A stretch of 64,000 nt of DNA from Octopus bimaculoides (taxonomy: Eukaryota): the NCBI RefSeq assembly GCF_001194135.2, contig NC_068988.1, positions 19,609,013-19,673,012 of the forward strand, read 5' to 3'. The translations under genes and the position numbers were made by a program. Shown here piece after piece: positions 13,189 through 26,833 of the stretch (within the stretch, counting starts at the first letter, position 1; every line of letters begins with the position of its first letter). Below the pieces are notes generated by a model. That model did no database searches and was not told where the DNA came from. It was given only the letters and a program-made list of their open reading frames with translations.

Positions 13189-15501
13189 TGGGAGAGAAAT
13201 TTACTTGTCAGTTTTGCTAGTGTAGCTATTCCTTGTGTTTTAAAGTCGAGCGGCCATATTTGTGTGAGAATACAAGAAGAAAACGTGCAGTTATCGTTAA
13301 AACAATGGTAGAAATATAAGCAGCCAGTCGGGAAAACAAAATCAAGTTAATCAAAATTTAAGTTAATCCAAACCAATAATGGTCAAATGTCTAGAACTGA
13401 ATGTATCCTATAAAAAATATAAAGAACAAACCATAATTGTTAGCACGCACCACAAAGTTTCCTCGTTGTTAACATATCCCACCAAAACACTGATAATTCT
13501 TGGAGCGTATCACACATCTCCAAATTCTACATCTTTTCAAATTAAGTAACTAATTCACATGCAAAAATGTGGACTCATTCTTATCGGCACAACATTAACA
13601 CTAGTTCACGTTGTGCATACACACACAATCCTTATCCCTTGTATAAAAATTCAGCTGTCTAATGAGGAGACTCTGATATTTCAACGCTGTAGTTCCTAAG
13701 GCGATGCTCACTTCTCATCATAACATTCCGAGGTATTACACAAGAATCACTCTAAAGATCTTCAATAGAATGTTCGTTACGTACAGCTATTCCTTGAGGC
13801 TAAGAGATAGGAAACGCGCATTACTATGGCACGTTGTATCCAAAGATTTGATAACGAGAGGAAAGAGTTGCTCATGTAATGTGAAGAATCATGAACAAGA
13901 CTCCATATTTTTTGCTTTTAGCATGGAGTTGCAGAATTTGTTTCTCTATGAATTAGTATAAACTAAAGAGGCACGCTTTATAGTTTAAGGGGATTTAGAT
14001 TTCATACTGCTCTAATCAACGGGTTCAATATTATCTATTTTCAAGTTATTAGGTAATAGCACCGTATCATAATTTACGCTGAACCTTTAATTAAATTTCA
14101 GTGGAATATTCCTCATGAAAGCAAATATACCAACGCACATCTATTGCATCTGATATGCCCCATAAAACCAATGTTAAATCAATTAGCTTCTTCGGTACAT
14201 GACTCGACAACATTTGTAATATCAGATACGTTTGCACGTTAGTGAGATTTTGAGTAAAGCAAATCTAAGTTGCAAAATGTTAACACAAATACGCGCGTTC
14301 ACAAATAGACACACGCACAAGTACACACGTGTGAAAACACACACACACAGAGTTCGTGTGCGCGCTCACATGAGTGAGTGCGTGTGTGTATACGAATGTA
14401 TTTATATTTTGTCCAAAACCAATATGCTTATCTAATAAATGATTGTCAGCCATTCTCCTCAGCCATATACCAAGGATATGCTTGCTTCGCTGAGGAGGTT
14501 CAAACGAATATATATAAGCCATATTCTCATATCAGTGGTTGTTGGAACATCTAGTGTATTCCGCCCCAAGAATGCTTACACTCTGCCATCAAAATGAAAC
14601 GAAGGTCTTTCAGCTAAGGACACAACACAAACTAAGCTGAACAGCTGATGCAATGGACATCGCTAGCCTTTCTTTTCGACATCAGGATGTGCAGATATGT
14701 CAAATAATTCACGAGAAAATGCAGAATTTATTTATTTCTCTGAAATTAATGGAATTTAATTATTTCATTGAATTAAGAAGAAAAGGAAAGAAATTATATA
14801 AGCATACAGAAAGGAAACAAAAAATTAGACGTGTCTGTACATCTTTCATACTGATTACATTTCTTTCGTAAATATATTTTGTAGGTTCTTCTTGGTCCAA
14901 CAATTTGGGGGGCGAAATATTTTCAAAGCTAAATATTTTTACTTGCGAAAGGGAATTTGATAGATATTGTCGTATTTGTCACGTTGTGGTAAAAATCAAT
15001 ATAAAACCAAATTTCAGTGTTGTGAAACAAGGAACATTGGCAGAGTTGTTTGCACGGGTCCTGTAAGGCCTAACTCCATTTGTTCTAGCTAATGTGAATT
15101 CTGAACTCATCGATGTCATCTTTGCCTTCTCCCTCTTTGCCATCACGGCATCCGAAGCAATCTAGTGAGAGTCAAATAGTGACATGGACGCCGTTGAGTA
15201 ACAAAACATTGCAAACTGATTCACTTTGTGCCTAATTGAGAAATTATTGCATTGGGTGAATTGATTTGACTCAATACAATAATTAAGCAATGCTTCATCA
15301 AACAAAGGGAAGTGGGAACCTCAGCTTTTTCGCTTCGAAGGACAAGAACTAATATCAGCGTGGAATCAAAAGACTAGCAGAGTGGTGGCTTCAGACGGAA
15401 CGACACCACTTCTTCTATTTCGAATGTTAGGCTACTGTTGTTGTACCTTGACGAATAAAGCAAGCAAAATATCAAAATACTGCAAAACGTTTGACTCAAC
15501 A

Positions 15502-15502
<1 letters not shown>

Positions 15503-15597
<95 letters not shown>
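15503..15597. repeat. (ATT)15 followed by (AAT)n; 90-bp perfect AT-only palindrome 15503-15592
   Basis: Centre of symmetry between 15547 and 15548. Confidence 0.9.
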
Positions 15598-15600
<3 letters not shown>

Positions 15601-15604
15601 TAAT

Positions 15605-15820
15605 GCAGCGATGTGGCAGAATCGTTAGAATGCCGGGAGAAATACTTAGTGGTATTTCGTCTGTCACTACATTCTGAGCTCAAATTCAGCTGAAGTTGAC
15701 TTTGCCTTTCATCCTTTCGGGGGCGATAATTTCAGTACCAGTGACACACTGGGGTTGATATAACCGACTATCCCCTCCACCAAAATTTCAGGCCTTGTAC
15801 CTATAATACAAAGGCTTATT
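15605..15820 (+). mobile_element. SINE family C
   Basis: A-box-like tggcagaatcgttag, B-box-like gagctcaaattc, gttgactttgcctttcatcctttcgggg core, caggccttgtacc tail. Confidence 0.9.
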
Positions 15821-15829
15821 CTTATTATT

Positions 15830-16364
15830 GAGTGAGAGCAGCGCATGCCATCAAAGTGACACTGAGGCACAAGTATAAGGAGCCCAATATACCCATCATG
15901 ACTACCCGTCAGATAAGTGTACACCAGGCACATGCATCACAACCATATGTGCGCGACATGGTGATCTCATATCAAGATAAACAGCACATGACCTCGCAGG
16001 TGGAGTCCAGTTAGAATCTTCTTCAGGTCGAGTAGCCCATCCCGCTCAAAAGGTCCCTGAATAAGGTTTGTTTAAGGATGTTGAGCAAAACATCCATGTT
16101 TCCAAAGGTGAATTATTCAAACCCCAAATAATTCCTCTCAACACATGGCTATGATGCTCCCCCACTACTGCTGCTCGTAATCACAGAGATGCACATATCG
16201 TGAGCCACCAACGGACATGCTCAACTGGTTAAGGTCAAACAACTGACAAGCAAATCTTTGGTATTAAGCAGAATATTTGATGTAGCCCATCTTTTTATAC
16301 CAAGACAAAACAATGTACACTATAACACTTCCAATCAATTAAGATCAGAAGCCACGAGAGCCAC
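15830..16364 (-). mobile_element. Unclassified interspersed repeat (about 535 bp) bounded by TTA repeats
   Basis: Sharp boundaries against ttattatt (15822) and (TTA)n (16365); resembles a common Octopus repeat as I recall it; single copy in this window; strand tentative. Confidence 0.45.
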
Positions 16365-16402
<38 letters not shown>

Positions 16403-16405
16403 TTA

Positions 16406-16461
<56 letters not shown>
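16365..16461. repeat. (TTA)n microsatellite
   Basis: Direct reading, one interruption. Confidence 0.95.
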
Positions 16462-16462
<1 letters not shown>

Positions 16463-16665
16463 GGGTGGCGAGCTTCCAGAAACGGAGAAAATGGGTAGCG
16501 GCATTTCTTTCGGTTCTACGTTCTAAGTTGAGGTTCCACCGAGATCGACTCCGTCCCAACCCTCTCTGGATGAACCTAGTCAGTACTAGGTCAGCACTGA
16601 CATTGATAAAATCGCCTAGCGCTCCCAAATTTCATGCCTTGTGAATATAGTAGACAGGATTATTG
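16463..16665 (+). mobile_element. SINE family C, highly diverged
   Basis: ggtggcgagcttccagaaac...gcggcatttc...tacgttctaagttgaggttccaccgagatcgact...ccaaatttcatgccttgtg. Confidence 0.65.
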
Positions 16666-16801
16666 TTATTATCGTTAGTATTACTGTTGTTGTCGATGAC
16701 GATATTTAACCCCATATCAACCCTTTCCGAAGAAATCGATTTTAAGATTCTTCCAATCTAGCTATTATTATCTGCTCTTTCTTCGTTTATTTCATCTATA
16801 G

Positions 16802-17305
16802 CAGTGGTTCCCAAACTATGAGTCGCGACCCACTGATGGGTCGCGAACGGAATCCTAGTGGGTCGCAAAAAGTTACAAAATTACGCATTAGCTTTGATTA
16901 ACTTCTGTCTATCGAGATAGTTCAAGACTCATGTTTTCAATACCAGACTGGTTGTTTTATCAAGCAGTAGGCTTTTTTCACGAACTTAACAAATCAGAGG
17001 TGGTTATTTTCTCAAGTTATTGATTAGTACGTAATCGTAAAAAGGAAAAGTCTGTTTTTACCTATCTATAGAGAACTTTAACTAGGCGCAGTACAACACT
17101 GATCGAGCCGATAACAGTTACTGCTCCGTGGTTTTGGATTAGAGTTAATACTTGCCCATAGGGTATGGAGACATTGAAACAGTTATAAAACGTTTTGTTT
17201 CACATTTAATATAACCCTAACCCTAACCCAGTAGAGTTCAGTGGGTCGCCATAAACTGGTGTCATGAATAGTGGGTCGCGTCTCTAAAAAGTTTGGGAAC
17301 CACTG
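16802..17305. mobile_element. hAT-type (Charlie-like) non-autonomous element/MITE, 504 bp
   Basis: Perfect 16-bp TIR CAGTGGTTCCCAAACT/AGTTTGGGAACCACTG; repeated subterminal TGGGTCGC motifs at both ends; 8-bp TSD not cleanly preserved (atctatag vs aatagtaa). Confidence 0.85.
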
Positions 17306-19138
17306 AATAGTAATACTGTATTTGTTGTGCCTGATCAAGCTTCAACTTCCTCTTGTTTAACTCGAAAGAGCCTTGATCTGACCAAATTATGATCAGAGGC
17401 TTCCTAAATGCAACAGTTTCACCTAGTTCGTCCGTAATGTTTTAAGAAAGTAGCTATATTTGGTTGCTATTTCGAGCAAATCGAGCGACCACATATAGGA
17501 CCACTCCCTTTTGTCGTTGCTTACTCGTGCTTACTCATCAGGGGTCCAACTCTAATAAACATCGGCGCCACATCACCATTATACATTAGTATACATTTTC
17601 CCCTCTTACTCTTTATCATTTAAAGCACAAAACAGCATTTGCGTCCATATAATCTTTTTTTGCTGGCCATGGGTTTGAGCAAATTGAGAAATAAAAAAAT
17701 GCTTTTAAACCATCTTAGCTTTATTAATCCTCTTTTCCAATATTTACTGTCCCCCACCCCATGAATCGGAGTATGGGGGCTGCTAGTCCTTCGTCACGGG
17801 AAACTCTGCGGTACTGGGCATATACGTCTCGTAAATTTCCATTAATTTTTCAGAGTGCAATCAATAAACTCCATTCAACAATGAATGGGGAAACTCTCCC
17901 CTCTGATATAATTGAAACCTTTCATGCGTAACGAAGTAGAAGCCTACTGGAAGCTTCTATGTTATCAACAACATTTATAAGTCAATTTCAGTAATATCAT
18001 ACATTTATAACGACTTTCACAATGAATTATGAGTCAGATATTAAATATATTCAAAAAATAAATTTCAACTAGTGTAGTTAACCGCGTAGAGATGAAACAG
18101 TTGCAAATACATTGGAATATAGCTGCAGTAAGGAATTGAAAATATGTAGCAAATACATTATCTATCTAAAATTGCCCAAAATATCCTAATTGCCCAAAAT
18201 ATCAAAAGTAAATGCTCAACACCAATTTCTATTTTCAAAATAGGGAGGAGGTTATTTTAGAGCTGGCGCCAATACGTGTAAATTGTAAACTGAGAGAATT
18301 ATAAGCATCGAAGGACTATATTTGTGAATGAAAATGACGCGGTGAGGCTTCAGTCTACCATTTAAGACCAGGAGCAAAACAAACTCTCCAACAATTTTCC
18401 CAGTTTGCGTTTACAAATTTACCGCACATTGATTTGCTCGACCCGATTGATAATCACTTAGAGGAATCGAACTAAAAATCATTAGTTTGCGTAGAAGACT
18501 TCGTATATGCGCATATTTCTTTCTCAGAAAGTTCAAAAGGGCTTCTACTTAAATATTTCATACAGTACATTTTTCCAATGAAGAGAAATTATATATAATC
18601 TTGGTAATTATTTTTAGAAAAAATATTTTTACTACTGAAACACTGCTCAACTACGGCTGAAGACTCTTATGAAGAAACACGTTCCTACGGTGACTGTCCC
18701 ATCCTTTTAAAATGTCTTTGAATAGTAACACACAGGTGACTCTTCAGATTTTGCGCTTTCAGTTTAAATCTTACTGAAACCAGTTCGGTCAATAAAGATA
18801 GCATCTGTTCCATATTGATGTTAATGTTTATTTATCTTTATCACATTTCCCATGCAATAAATCCGATGTGGCAAGATCTGGATAATGTTGGGCAGCGCCT
18901 GGTTTAAAATCTCCATGAAACTTCTGATCGTATCTCCATATCTCCAGTACATAGCTGTGGACTCCAGAACGGAAAGAAAGGCCTACACTACCAAACTGGT
19001 ATTTTCCTTCTTTAAGATCTTGATATGTGATTGCCAAAGATTTGGATACTCTTTGGAGAGACCATCTAGAGTTTTAAGCATTGGCTCTTAAACCTAGCAT
19101 TGTGCTATTGTTGTTTAGTCCGTGGTTATAGTATATGT

Positions 19139-19525
19139 TGTGGAGGTGCAATGGCCCAGTGGTTAGGGCAGCGGACTCGCGGTCATGGGATCGCGGTTTC
19201 GATTCCCAGACCGGGCGTTGGGAGTGTTTATTGAGTGAAAACACCTAAAGTTCCACGAGGCTCCGGCAGGGGATGGTGGCGTACCCTGCTGTACTCTTTC
19301 ACCACAAATTTCTCTCACTCTTGCTTCCTGTTTTTCTTGTGCCTGTAATTCAAAGGGTCAGCCTTGTCACACTGTGTCACGCTGAATATCCCCGAAAACC
19401 ACGTTAAGAGTACACGTGTCTGTGGAGTTCTCAGTCACTTGCACGTTAATTTCACAAGCAGGCTGTTCTGTTGATCGGATCAACTGGAACCCTCGACGTC
19501 GTAAGCGACGGAGTGCCAACACACA
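19139..19525 (+). mobile_element. tRNA-derived SINE, family B, full length with 12-bp TSD
   Basis: Head tgtggaggtgcaatggcccagtggttagggcagcggactcgcgg...gtttcgattccc; tail gtaagcgacggagtgccaacacaca; perfect TSD TATAGTATATGT at 19127-19138 and 19526-19537; possibly related to the octopus OR SINEs (unverified). Confidence 0.92.
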
Positions 19526-20694
19526 CATAGTATATGTCTCTTGCTTCACGATTTCAGTATTTGTTTTCAAATCCTTCTGTTTAGAAACTGCACCACCTGC
19601 CGGAATAAATAATGTATATATACCATTAATCATCTTAAATTTATTGAATAGATTACATTCTATTCTCGTTTCAATAGAGCTTGTAGCAAAGCGCCAGGCG
19701 GCGAAACTCGCGAGGGAATGTGTTTTACTAACGTAGGCTTTGATTTTACTGACTGCTTCAGATCCCCATATAGGTGCTGACATAGATACATTCCCGGACT
19801 TCAGTTGTTGACCTTGAAACTCATTCAAGAGATAACGATCCTTCCTTGCCTCACTTACAGACATGTATTTAAGTAGAAATACTTAAATAGAAGTGGACGA
19901 CGAGTTTAAGGACACAATACACTAGCGGGTCATAGAATTGAACATACAATCTCATGAACATTAGCCAAATACTGGTAACCTCTAAGCAGCATGCGTTCAT
20001 ATAGCGTTTTGCTGGCTAAGAAACAAATTATTTAGAATTCATTTGTATGCTAAAAGACCAATTACCAAGCTGTAATTTGTTTTGCTTTGTATTCAGTTTT
20101 TAAAAGTATAAGTATCATAAGCGTAGACAAAAATGTTATAGGAAATAAAACGTTTCTATATATCAACAACTATTCCTGTCTTAGTCAGGGTGTGTAACTG
20201 ATAAGTCAATGAAATGTGTGTAAATATGAAACAGCACAATGGTAAGTGCATACAGTTTCGACAAATTCTTTGCTGTAACTATTCCATTTACCGAAAATAC
20301 TGTGCTTTTCTGTAGAACACCACGGTTTGTAACCAGCCAGGCGATTTACAAGTATGCAACGTTTTCTTGGTTTCAATAGGAGTTGTAATGCAAAACCGCT
20401 TCCACAAAAATATGCCGTCGTCAACATCCCTATCATCCCCCTTCTTCTCCTCATCCTCCTCATCCTCCTCCTCATCATCATCATCAGTATTATTATAATT
20501 AGTTGTAGCAGTAGTAGATGCAGAGGTGGCGATTAAGTTGTAAGCATTTCAAATTCTCCATTGCTTGACTGAAAATATTCATATTCTTCTTCATTCGCCT
20601 GAAGATATTTGGCATATTTCATCGAGATTAATTCCACTATGCCTTCTCTGATTATCGCTTAATTTAATTTATATTACTCTGACATAACACAGTT

Positions 20695-20770
<76 letters not shown>

Positions 20771-21349
20771 TCTAGCTTATGATATCTTAGTTTGATATTT
20801 TATTTTGAGTTTCTGTTAAAAGATAATCTAGCGATATTGAAATGATGAATTAATTAGTTGTACTGATCTCTCTCTCTCTTTCTCTCTCTCACTCTCTCTC
20901 TCTCTCTCAAATACACACAAACACGAAGCAAAAAATGCAAAACACAAACCTACACCTTCAAATACTCATAAGTATAGACACGGATCTTTTTTTAAATTAA
21001 AACTAAATATAAATAAAAAACACTAAATACATAATTTCCAAATATCTTCTACGGACGTCATACTGATTGTGGAACTGGTTTCATGCTGAATGTTTTATTT
21101 TCAATCATAGCTTTTTTTTTATTATTTAATACCCTTAAACCAGTGCTTATCTCACGTTACTCCGTAATGTCTACCTAGATTTTTCATGGATGTTTTTCGA
21201 AATATTCATACTAACAATATCCATACTAACGCTTTGAACCTCTTGCAAAACGTGTCATTTGACATTTTGTTATATTTCCGTACGATAAATAAAACAAGGA
21301 AAGCAATATTACTCTCTATATTTTATCAAAATGTTTCATTTGAAATCGG

Positions 21350-21992
21350 TTTACTCTTTTATTCTCTTGCTTGTTTCAGTCATTTGACTGCGGCCATGCT
21401 GGAGCAGCGCCTTTAGTCGAGCAAAACTACCCCAGGACTTATTCATTGTAAGCCTAGTACTTATTCTATCGGTGTCTTTTGCGGAACCGCTAAGTTACAG
21501 GGACGTAAACACCCCAGCATCGGTTATCAAGCGATGTTGGCGGGGACAAACACAGACACGGTGAGCTGGCAGAAACGTTAGCACGCCGGGCGAAATGCTT
21601 AGCGGTATTTCGTCTGCCGTTACGTTCTGATTTCAAATTCCGCCGAGGTAGACTTTGCCGTTCATCCTTTGAGGGTCGATTAAATAAGTACCAGTTACGC
21701 ACTGGGGTCGATATAATCGACTTAATACGTTTGTCTGTCCTTGTTTGTCCCGTCTGTGTGTAGCCCCTTGTGGGTAGTAAAGAAATAACACACACACACA
21801 CACACATATATATATACATATACATATATACAACGGGCTTCTTTCAGTTTCCGTCTACCATATTCACTCACAAGGCTTTGGTCGGCCCGAGGCTATAGTA
21901 GAAGACACCTGCCCAAGGTGCCACGCAGTGGGACTTAATCCAGAACCATTTGGTTAGTAAGCAAGCTACTTAACACATAGCCACTCCTGCGC
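21350..21992 (-). mobile_element. SINE family A, full length, interrupted by a family C insertion
   Basis: Tail half 21350-21559 and head half 21789-21992 are collinear with the 1004-1617 copy. Confidence 0.9.
21560..21788 (+). mobile_element. SINE family C (long-tail subfamily) nested in SINE A
   Basis: ggtgagctggcagaaacgttagcacgccgggcgaaatgcttagcggtatttcg ... gtgtagccccttgtgggtagtaaagaaataa, inserted in the CA tract of SINE A. Confidence 0.92.
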
Positions 21993-22537
21993 TGGTTTAT
22001 CTATTTCTTAAGATTTACCATTGGAAGTGCAACGTAAACTTTATTTTCGTTCCATGTTAGGTGTATCTCTGATATTGTGGTTGATATTAAATGTACCACG
22101 TTGTCAAAAAGGGAGGTAACTAGTGTGAACTACTGTGTTAACCATGAACTTAAGAATTGCCATCTCTCCTAAGATACATAAAGATAGAGCAAAGTGTTCG
22201 CAATGCAAATAGCAATAATGAAATTAAAAAAAACAGCACAGCATAATCTGTCACATTTAGAGCACATTTTAATTAATTACCGTTTCGTTATCATCTGTTT
22301 CTAACTGATACAGTGATCCATAAATAAGTTGAATTGGAGAAGCTTTGGCAACACAGTCGTTAAACTGCAGTAATAGAATATATTTTCTGTGTACAATCAT
22401 TGACATGCACGCGCGCACATACACATAAAATGGTTGCTGGTTGCTGTAGACAAGGAGAAAATTGTAAACTAGAAATGTTAACAAATTCACAAGGAAAACA
22501 GAGAAAAAGTGTGAACAGCAGCAAACACAAAAGAACC

Positions 22538-22681
<144 letters not shown>

Positions 22682-23309
22682 GATGCAAGCCTTACACACG
22701 TACAGATGAAGTTATGTACAAACTGTCTTGTTGATAATTCGTATGATGCAGTCAAAACAGAAACAAGTTTCAACGGACGCAAATAGTCGTATGACTGCGC
22801 CATATAGATTATTATCGACCAGTCTGCTTCCACTGTAGTGGTCAAGCAACTTCTATACTCAGTAAGTATTAATTTATGATAAGCAGAGAAAATGTAGGAG
22901 AAATTGCAATGCATACAAATGTATATTATTGGTTCCTACGTATGTTTCACCATTGTGGTGGTTTGAAATTCTGCATTATATGTTCTAAATGTAATTGGAT
23001 GTATAACCACTACGAACCGTCAGGGAAGACTTTATTGTATTATGTTACAGACAACTAATGCTAGACATTAGCGTTTATCATAATTTCTCCAACACACTGA
23101 TGAGATCTTCGCCAGGCAAATTATTTTATTTGCTAATTAAAGTTCGAAACCTAGGTCTGGCTGTAAAAAAAACATGGTAAAAGTTTTTATTTTTCATTCC
23201 CTTCGGAATTGCTCTTAAATGTGGTTTTGGACGTTTTGACTGCTCTTTCTGGCATGTGAGGCGGCCTGTTAAGGATCACCTCTTTTTATGTTTAAATGTA
23301 CACTAATTT

Positions 23310-23310
<1 letters not shown>

Positions 23311-23354
<44 letters not shown>
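23311..23354. repeat. (AGAT)n microsatellite
   Basis: Direct reading. Confidence 0.95.
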
Positions 23355-23355
<1 letters not shown>

Positions 23356-23609
23356 CAGATATTTATAAATTGTAATTAATCTTTAAAAGTGTAATTATAG
23401 AAAAAATACTGTTGAAAATACACAGAGAATAAATGAGAATTAGAATTTATTTAGGTTTTAAAAAATAGGTATACATTCTACCGGTTTCACATTAAAGTTT
23501 CAAAATTTCATAGTATAAGTAAAATATGCTTCACTGTGGTAGTTTAGTAACACTTAAGCGTGCCCGCTTCTTTCGTTTGATTAATTTCTGTTATTATTAN
23601 NNNNNNNNN

Positions 23610-23658
<49 letters not shown>

Positions 23659-23665
23659 CCTTGTT

Positions 23666-23703
<38 letters not shown>

Positions 23704-25124
23704 ATTATTATTATTATTATCTATTTGAAGTCACCCCCATACATGAAAATTTAAGGTGAAACCAGTCAAGCGTATAGTATATGACCATATACGTAAACTC
23801 AAAATAAGAAAATGGTGGGAAAATCATATCTTTCAGTTGCATCCTTCATATTAACTAGAATTACTGAATTGTTGGCTTTCGTGGAAGGCAAGAAATGATT
23901 ATTGTTACTGGTGCACAGCATGAACGAAGCAATTTTTTTACATATCAGCTGCAGCATTAAATACGATTTGCAATGAATTTCATCATGTTGGTATCTTTCT
24001 TGACATAAGTCAATTGTATTGAACAGCGGCTTATTCGGTATGTATTTCAGGCTAGCAATCGAATGTGCTTATGCTGATATTACTGCATTTGTGCAAAATT
24101 GTTTAGATGCGGACAAAAGTTCAAGTGTTCCATTTTTAGCTAATAAACATCGCAAGTGAAATAAAATGATTTGTTACGAACTATTTCACCCATACACTAG
24201 CATACATATACACACATATTCGCATACACAGAAACATACTTCAGATGACAGTAGAGGGATATTGAAGCTGTGACGTTCAGTTATATAAGAAGGTAATAAT
24301 GATATAATATTCGAGTGAATCTATTACAAATTCGATCTTAACGGAGACACGAATGAATATAATCGTGTACTTATTTCTCTTCTTTAATTAACATTAGTTT
24401 CAATAGTTATATTTCATTGTAAGTTTGATACAAATTATATAATATCCAGACAATATCATAGAAATTTGTGAGAATTGCTAGCTGGTTTGCAGTCAACTTA
24501 AGTCCACAAGTGGAGATTAGTTGTGGTATAGTGTTTCCAAATGTGTTGCAGGTATTTATATAGATAGCAATATATTCTACAAGTAACAGCTCAAACATAT
24601 TTATGCAAGCAGGTACAAATTCTCGAGCAAAATATGAATATCGTTACTAACCCACCCACGAACAGTTCTTTACAAAGGTTTTGATATGTATATAGAATAA
24701 ATGGATGATGAATTTCTTGTTTAAGAAGTTTAATGTAATTTTTTTATTAATTGCGTACAGTTGCACTCTGAATTAAAATTCCATGGTGATTTCATCTTTT
24801 TTAGAATCAAAATTTTTTGAGACTTGAGAATTGGAGCTAATTGAATCGGTTATTACAAATTCCATCATATTTGAAGTCATGCGCCACTTAAGAAACTGAT
24901 TATTTCTTTATTCTTCATTTGGAAGTTGTAACTTTTTAATATCAGGCTTTCCACAAGATTAGTGTGTGATATTCGATGCTGACAAGGCTAGTTATAGTCC
25001 TTTTTATTAAAGGGGATGGAGTGGAATCCATAGTTTTTCCATGGCATCTTTCAGTCTGTAGAAGTTGAAAAATTTGATGCTCAAATTAAATTACAGTAGA
25101 TCGATACAGAGAAAGAGAAAGCAA

Positions 25125-25176
25125 GTGAGTGAGCGAGTGAGTAAGTGAGCGAGTGAGTGAGTGAGAGAGAGAGAGA

Positions 25177-25250
<74 letters not shown>
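25125..25250. repeat. (GAGT)n/(GA)n purine-rich microsatellite
   Basis: Direct reading. Confidence 0.95.
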
Positions 25251-25253
<3 letters not shown>

Positions 25254-26833
25254 TGTGTGTTTAATAATATGCAGGTTGCCGGGATATGTGAAGTAAATCC
25301 ATCTTGGATTAATTTAAAATTATTCATCGACGCAGTTGAAAGATTTACAAGTTAGCACTCATATTTTGAAACTTTAAATGTAATTTAATCTGACAAATTG
25401 AATTTCCTTGTGCACTGTATCCGGGGTACATTGTACGACGAAATGCATGATGTCTTTTTTTTTTATCCTTGCAGCTTTGTGATGTGGCTTAGAGGTTGAT
25501 TAACATAATCAATATTATTCTAGTCCATGATTGACAGGCATATGTGATGAGAGGAGCAGACAACATGATATATTAATTTTTAGGTCGGCCTTGTGCTGAA
25601 ATTTGAAAGTATTAATATTAGGGCTTATAGAAGGATAAATTGTCTTATTTTAGACATCTTAATAAAAACTCTAAGATAGCTTATTCATTAAATCATTGAT
25701 ATCGCCTTCCTGTCTTAAATGTTTATTAAGACGTCCATTGATATGCTAAAATTCTCTTGCCAGCATTTTCAAACTATCGATTTTTAAAAGATTCACTTGT
25801 GATTTTTATACCAAAGTTAATGTTGAACGTGGTTATGTTTGATTACAAACTGATGTATTTTATTAATAATTAACATATTACATTGGTACCGTAGATAATC
25901 TAATTTTTATGTGTTTAATGATTTATCAATTTCAGTAATTTGTTCTTTTTTCATTAATAAGTTAATGATATTTTGAATTTCAAATGACGAACTCACTATT
26001 TAAGTTAAGGAAAAATGTAATATTCATATTCATATAGTTACAAATTATTCCATTTGTACTATATAATTTGTGAATAGCTTATGTTCTTAGGCTGTGATAG
26101 TGATTGTACTGTATACGTTGTGAGTTATTATTTTAGGCTTAGATTATTGTTTATAGGTTAATGTTTATACGAACATTTTGGTTAGTAGTGGTATTGAAAG
26201 CACCTCAAATTGCATAACTCAACATAACTTTGTATGTAGACTATCAATACAATTGAAATGTTCACTGCGTACGTACGTACCTAGGATCTTTCAGTGGACC
26301 AAGGTTCACGTTTTTGCAATGCTTAATACCCAAAATATCAACAAAAGAATTGACCTGTAATAAAGCGTGATACACAGTCTATAGAGCTTTATTATTTAAT
26401 TTATTTGTATCTGAGCAATGTAGTACGCAATAGAAGGAAATTAAGAAATGCAAAAATGTCTAAGTATTAAAGTGCAAATTCTTATTCTAAATCTATCCTT
26501 TTATCATTTCTTTTCCACAAGAGGAGTAGTTAAATTATCGTTGTGCCATTTCTTTCAGTTCTTACGTTGAAATTTCAAATAATGCCGCAGTCAACTTTGC
26601 TCTTGATCCCCACGACTGATCCCTTAAAAAAAGCTGATCCTGTGGCTAATTTTAAGAGATTATTTCTGCTCGTGAGAAACAAAGTACACAGTTTGCATAA
26701 CCCTGGTTATTACCTGCTGTTGACTACACATTTTATCTGCAGTCAATATATTAAAAATCTAATAGCTTCATCACATCATACTTCCTCATTACATCATCAA
26801 ATTTCTTCACGTAAAGAATGTTGGTCCTATTTG

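Noticed and set aside
18651-18690. CTGAAGA-ctcttatgaa-GAAACACGTT hammerhead-like string
   Set aside because: Stem II is mismatched and stem I has only 2 bp; at most a decayed relic.
19139-19220. tRNA-like heads of the SINEs as real tRNA genes
   Set aside because: No complete cloverleaf; each continues into a SINE body, with TSDs in the B and B' copies.
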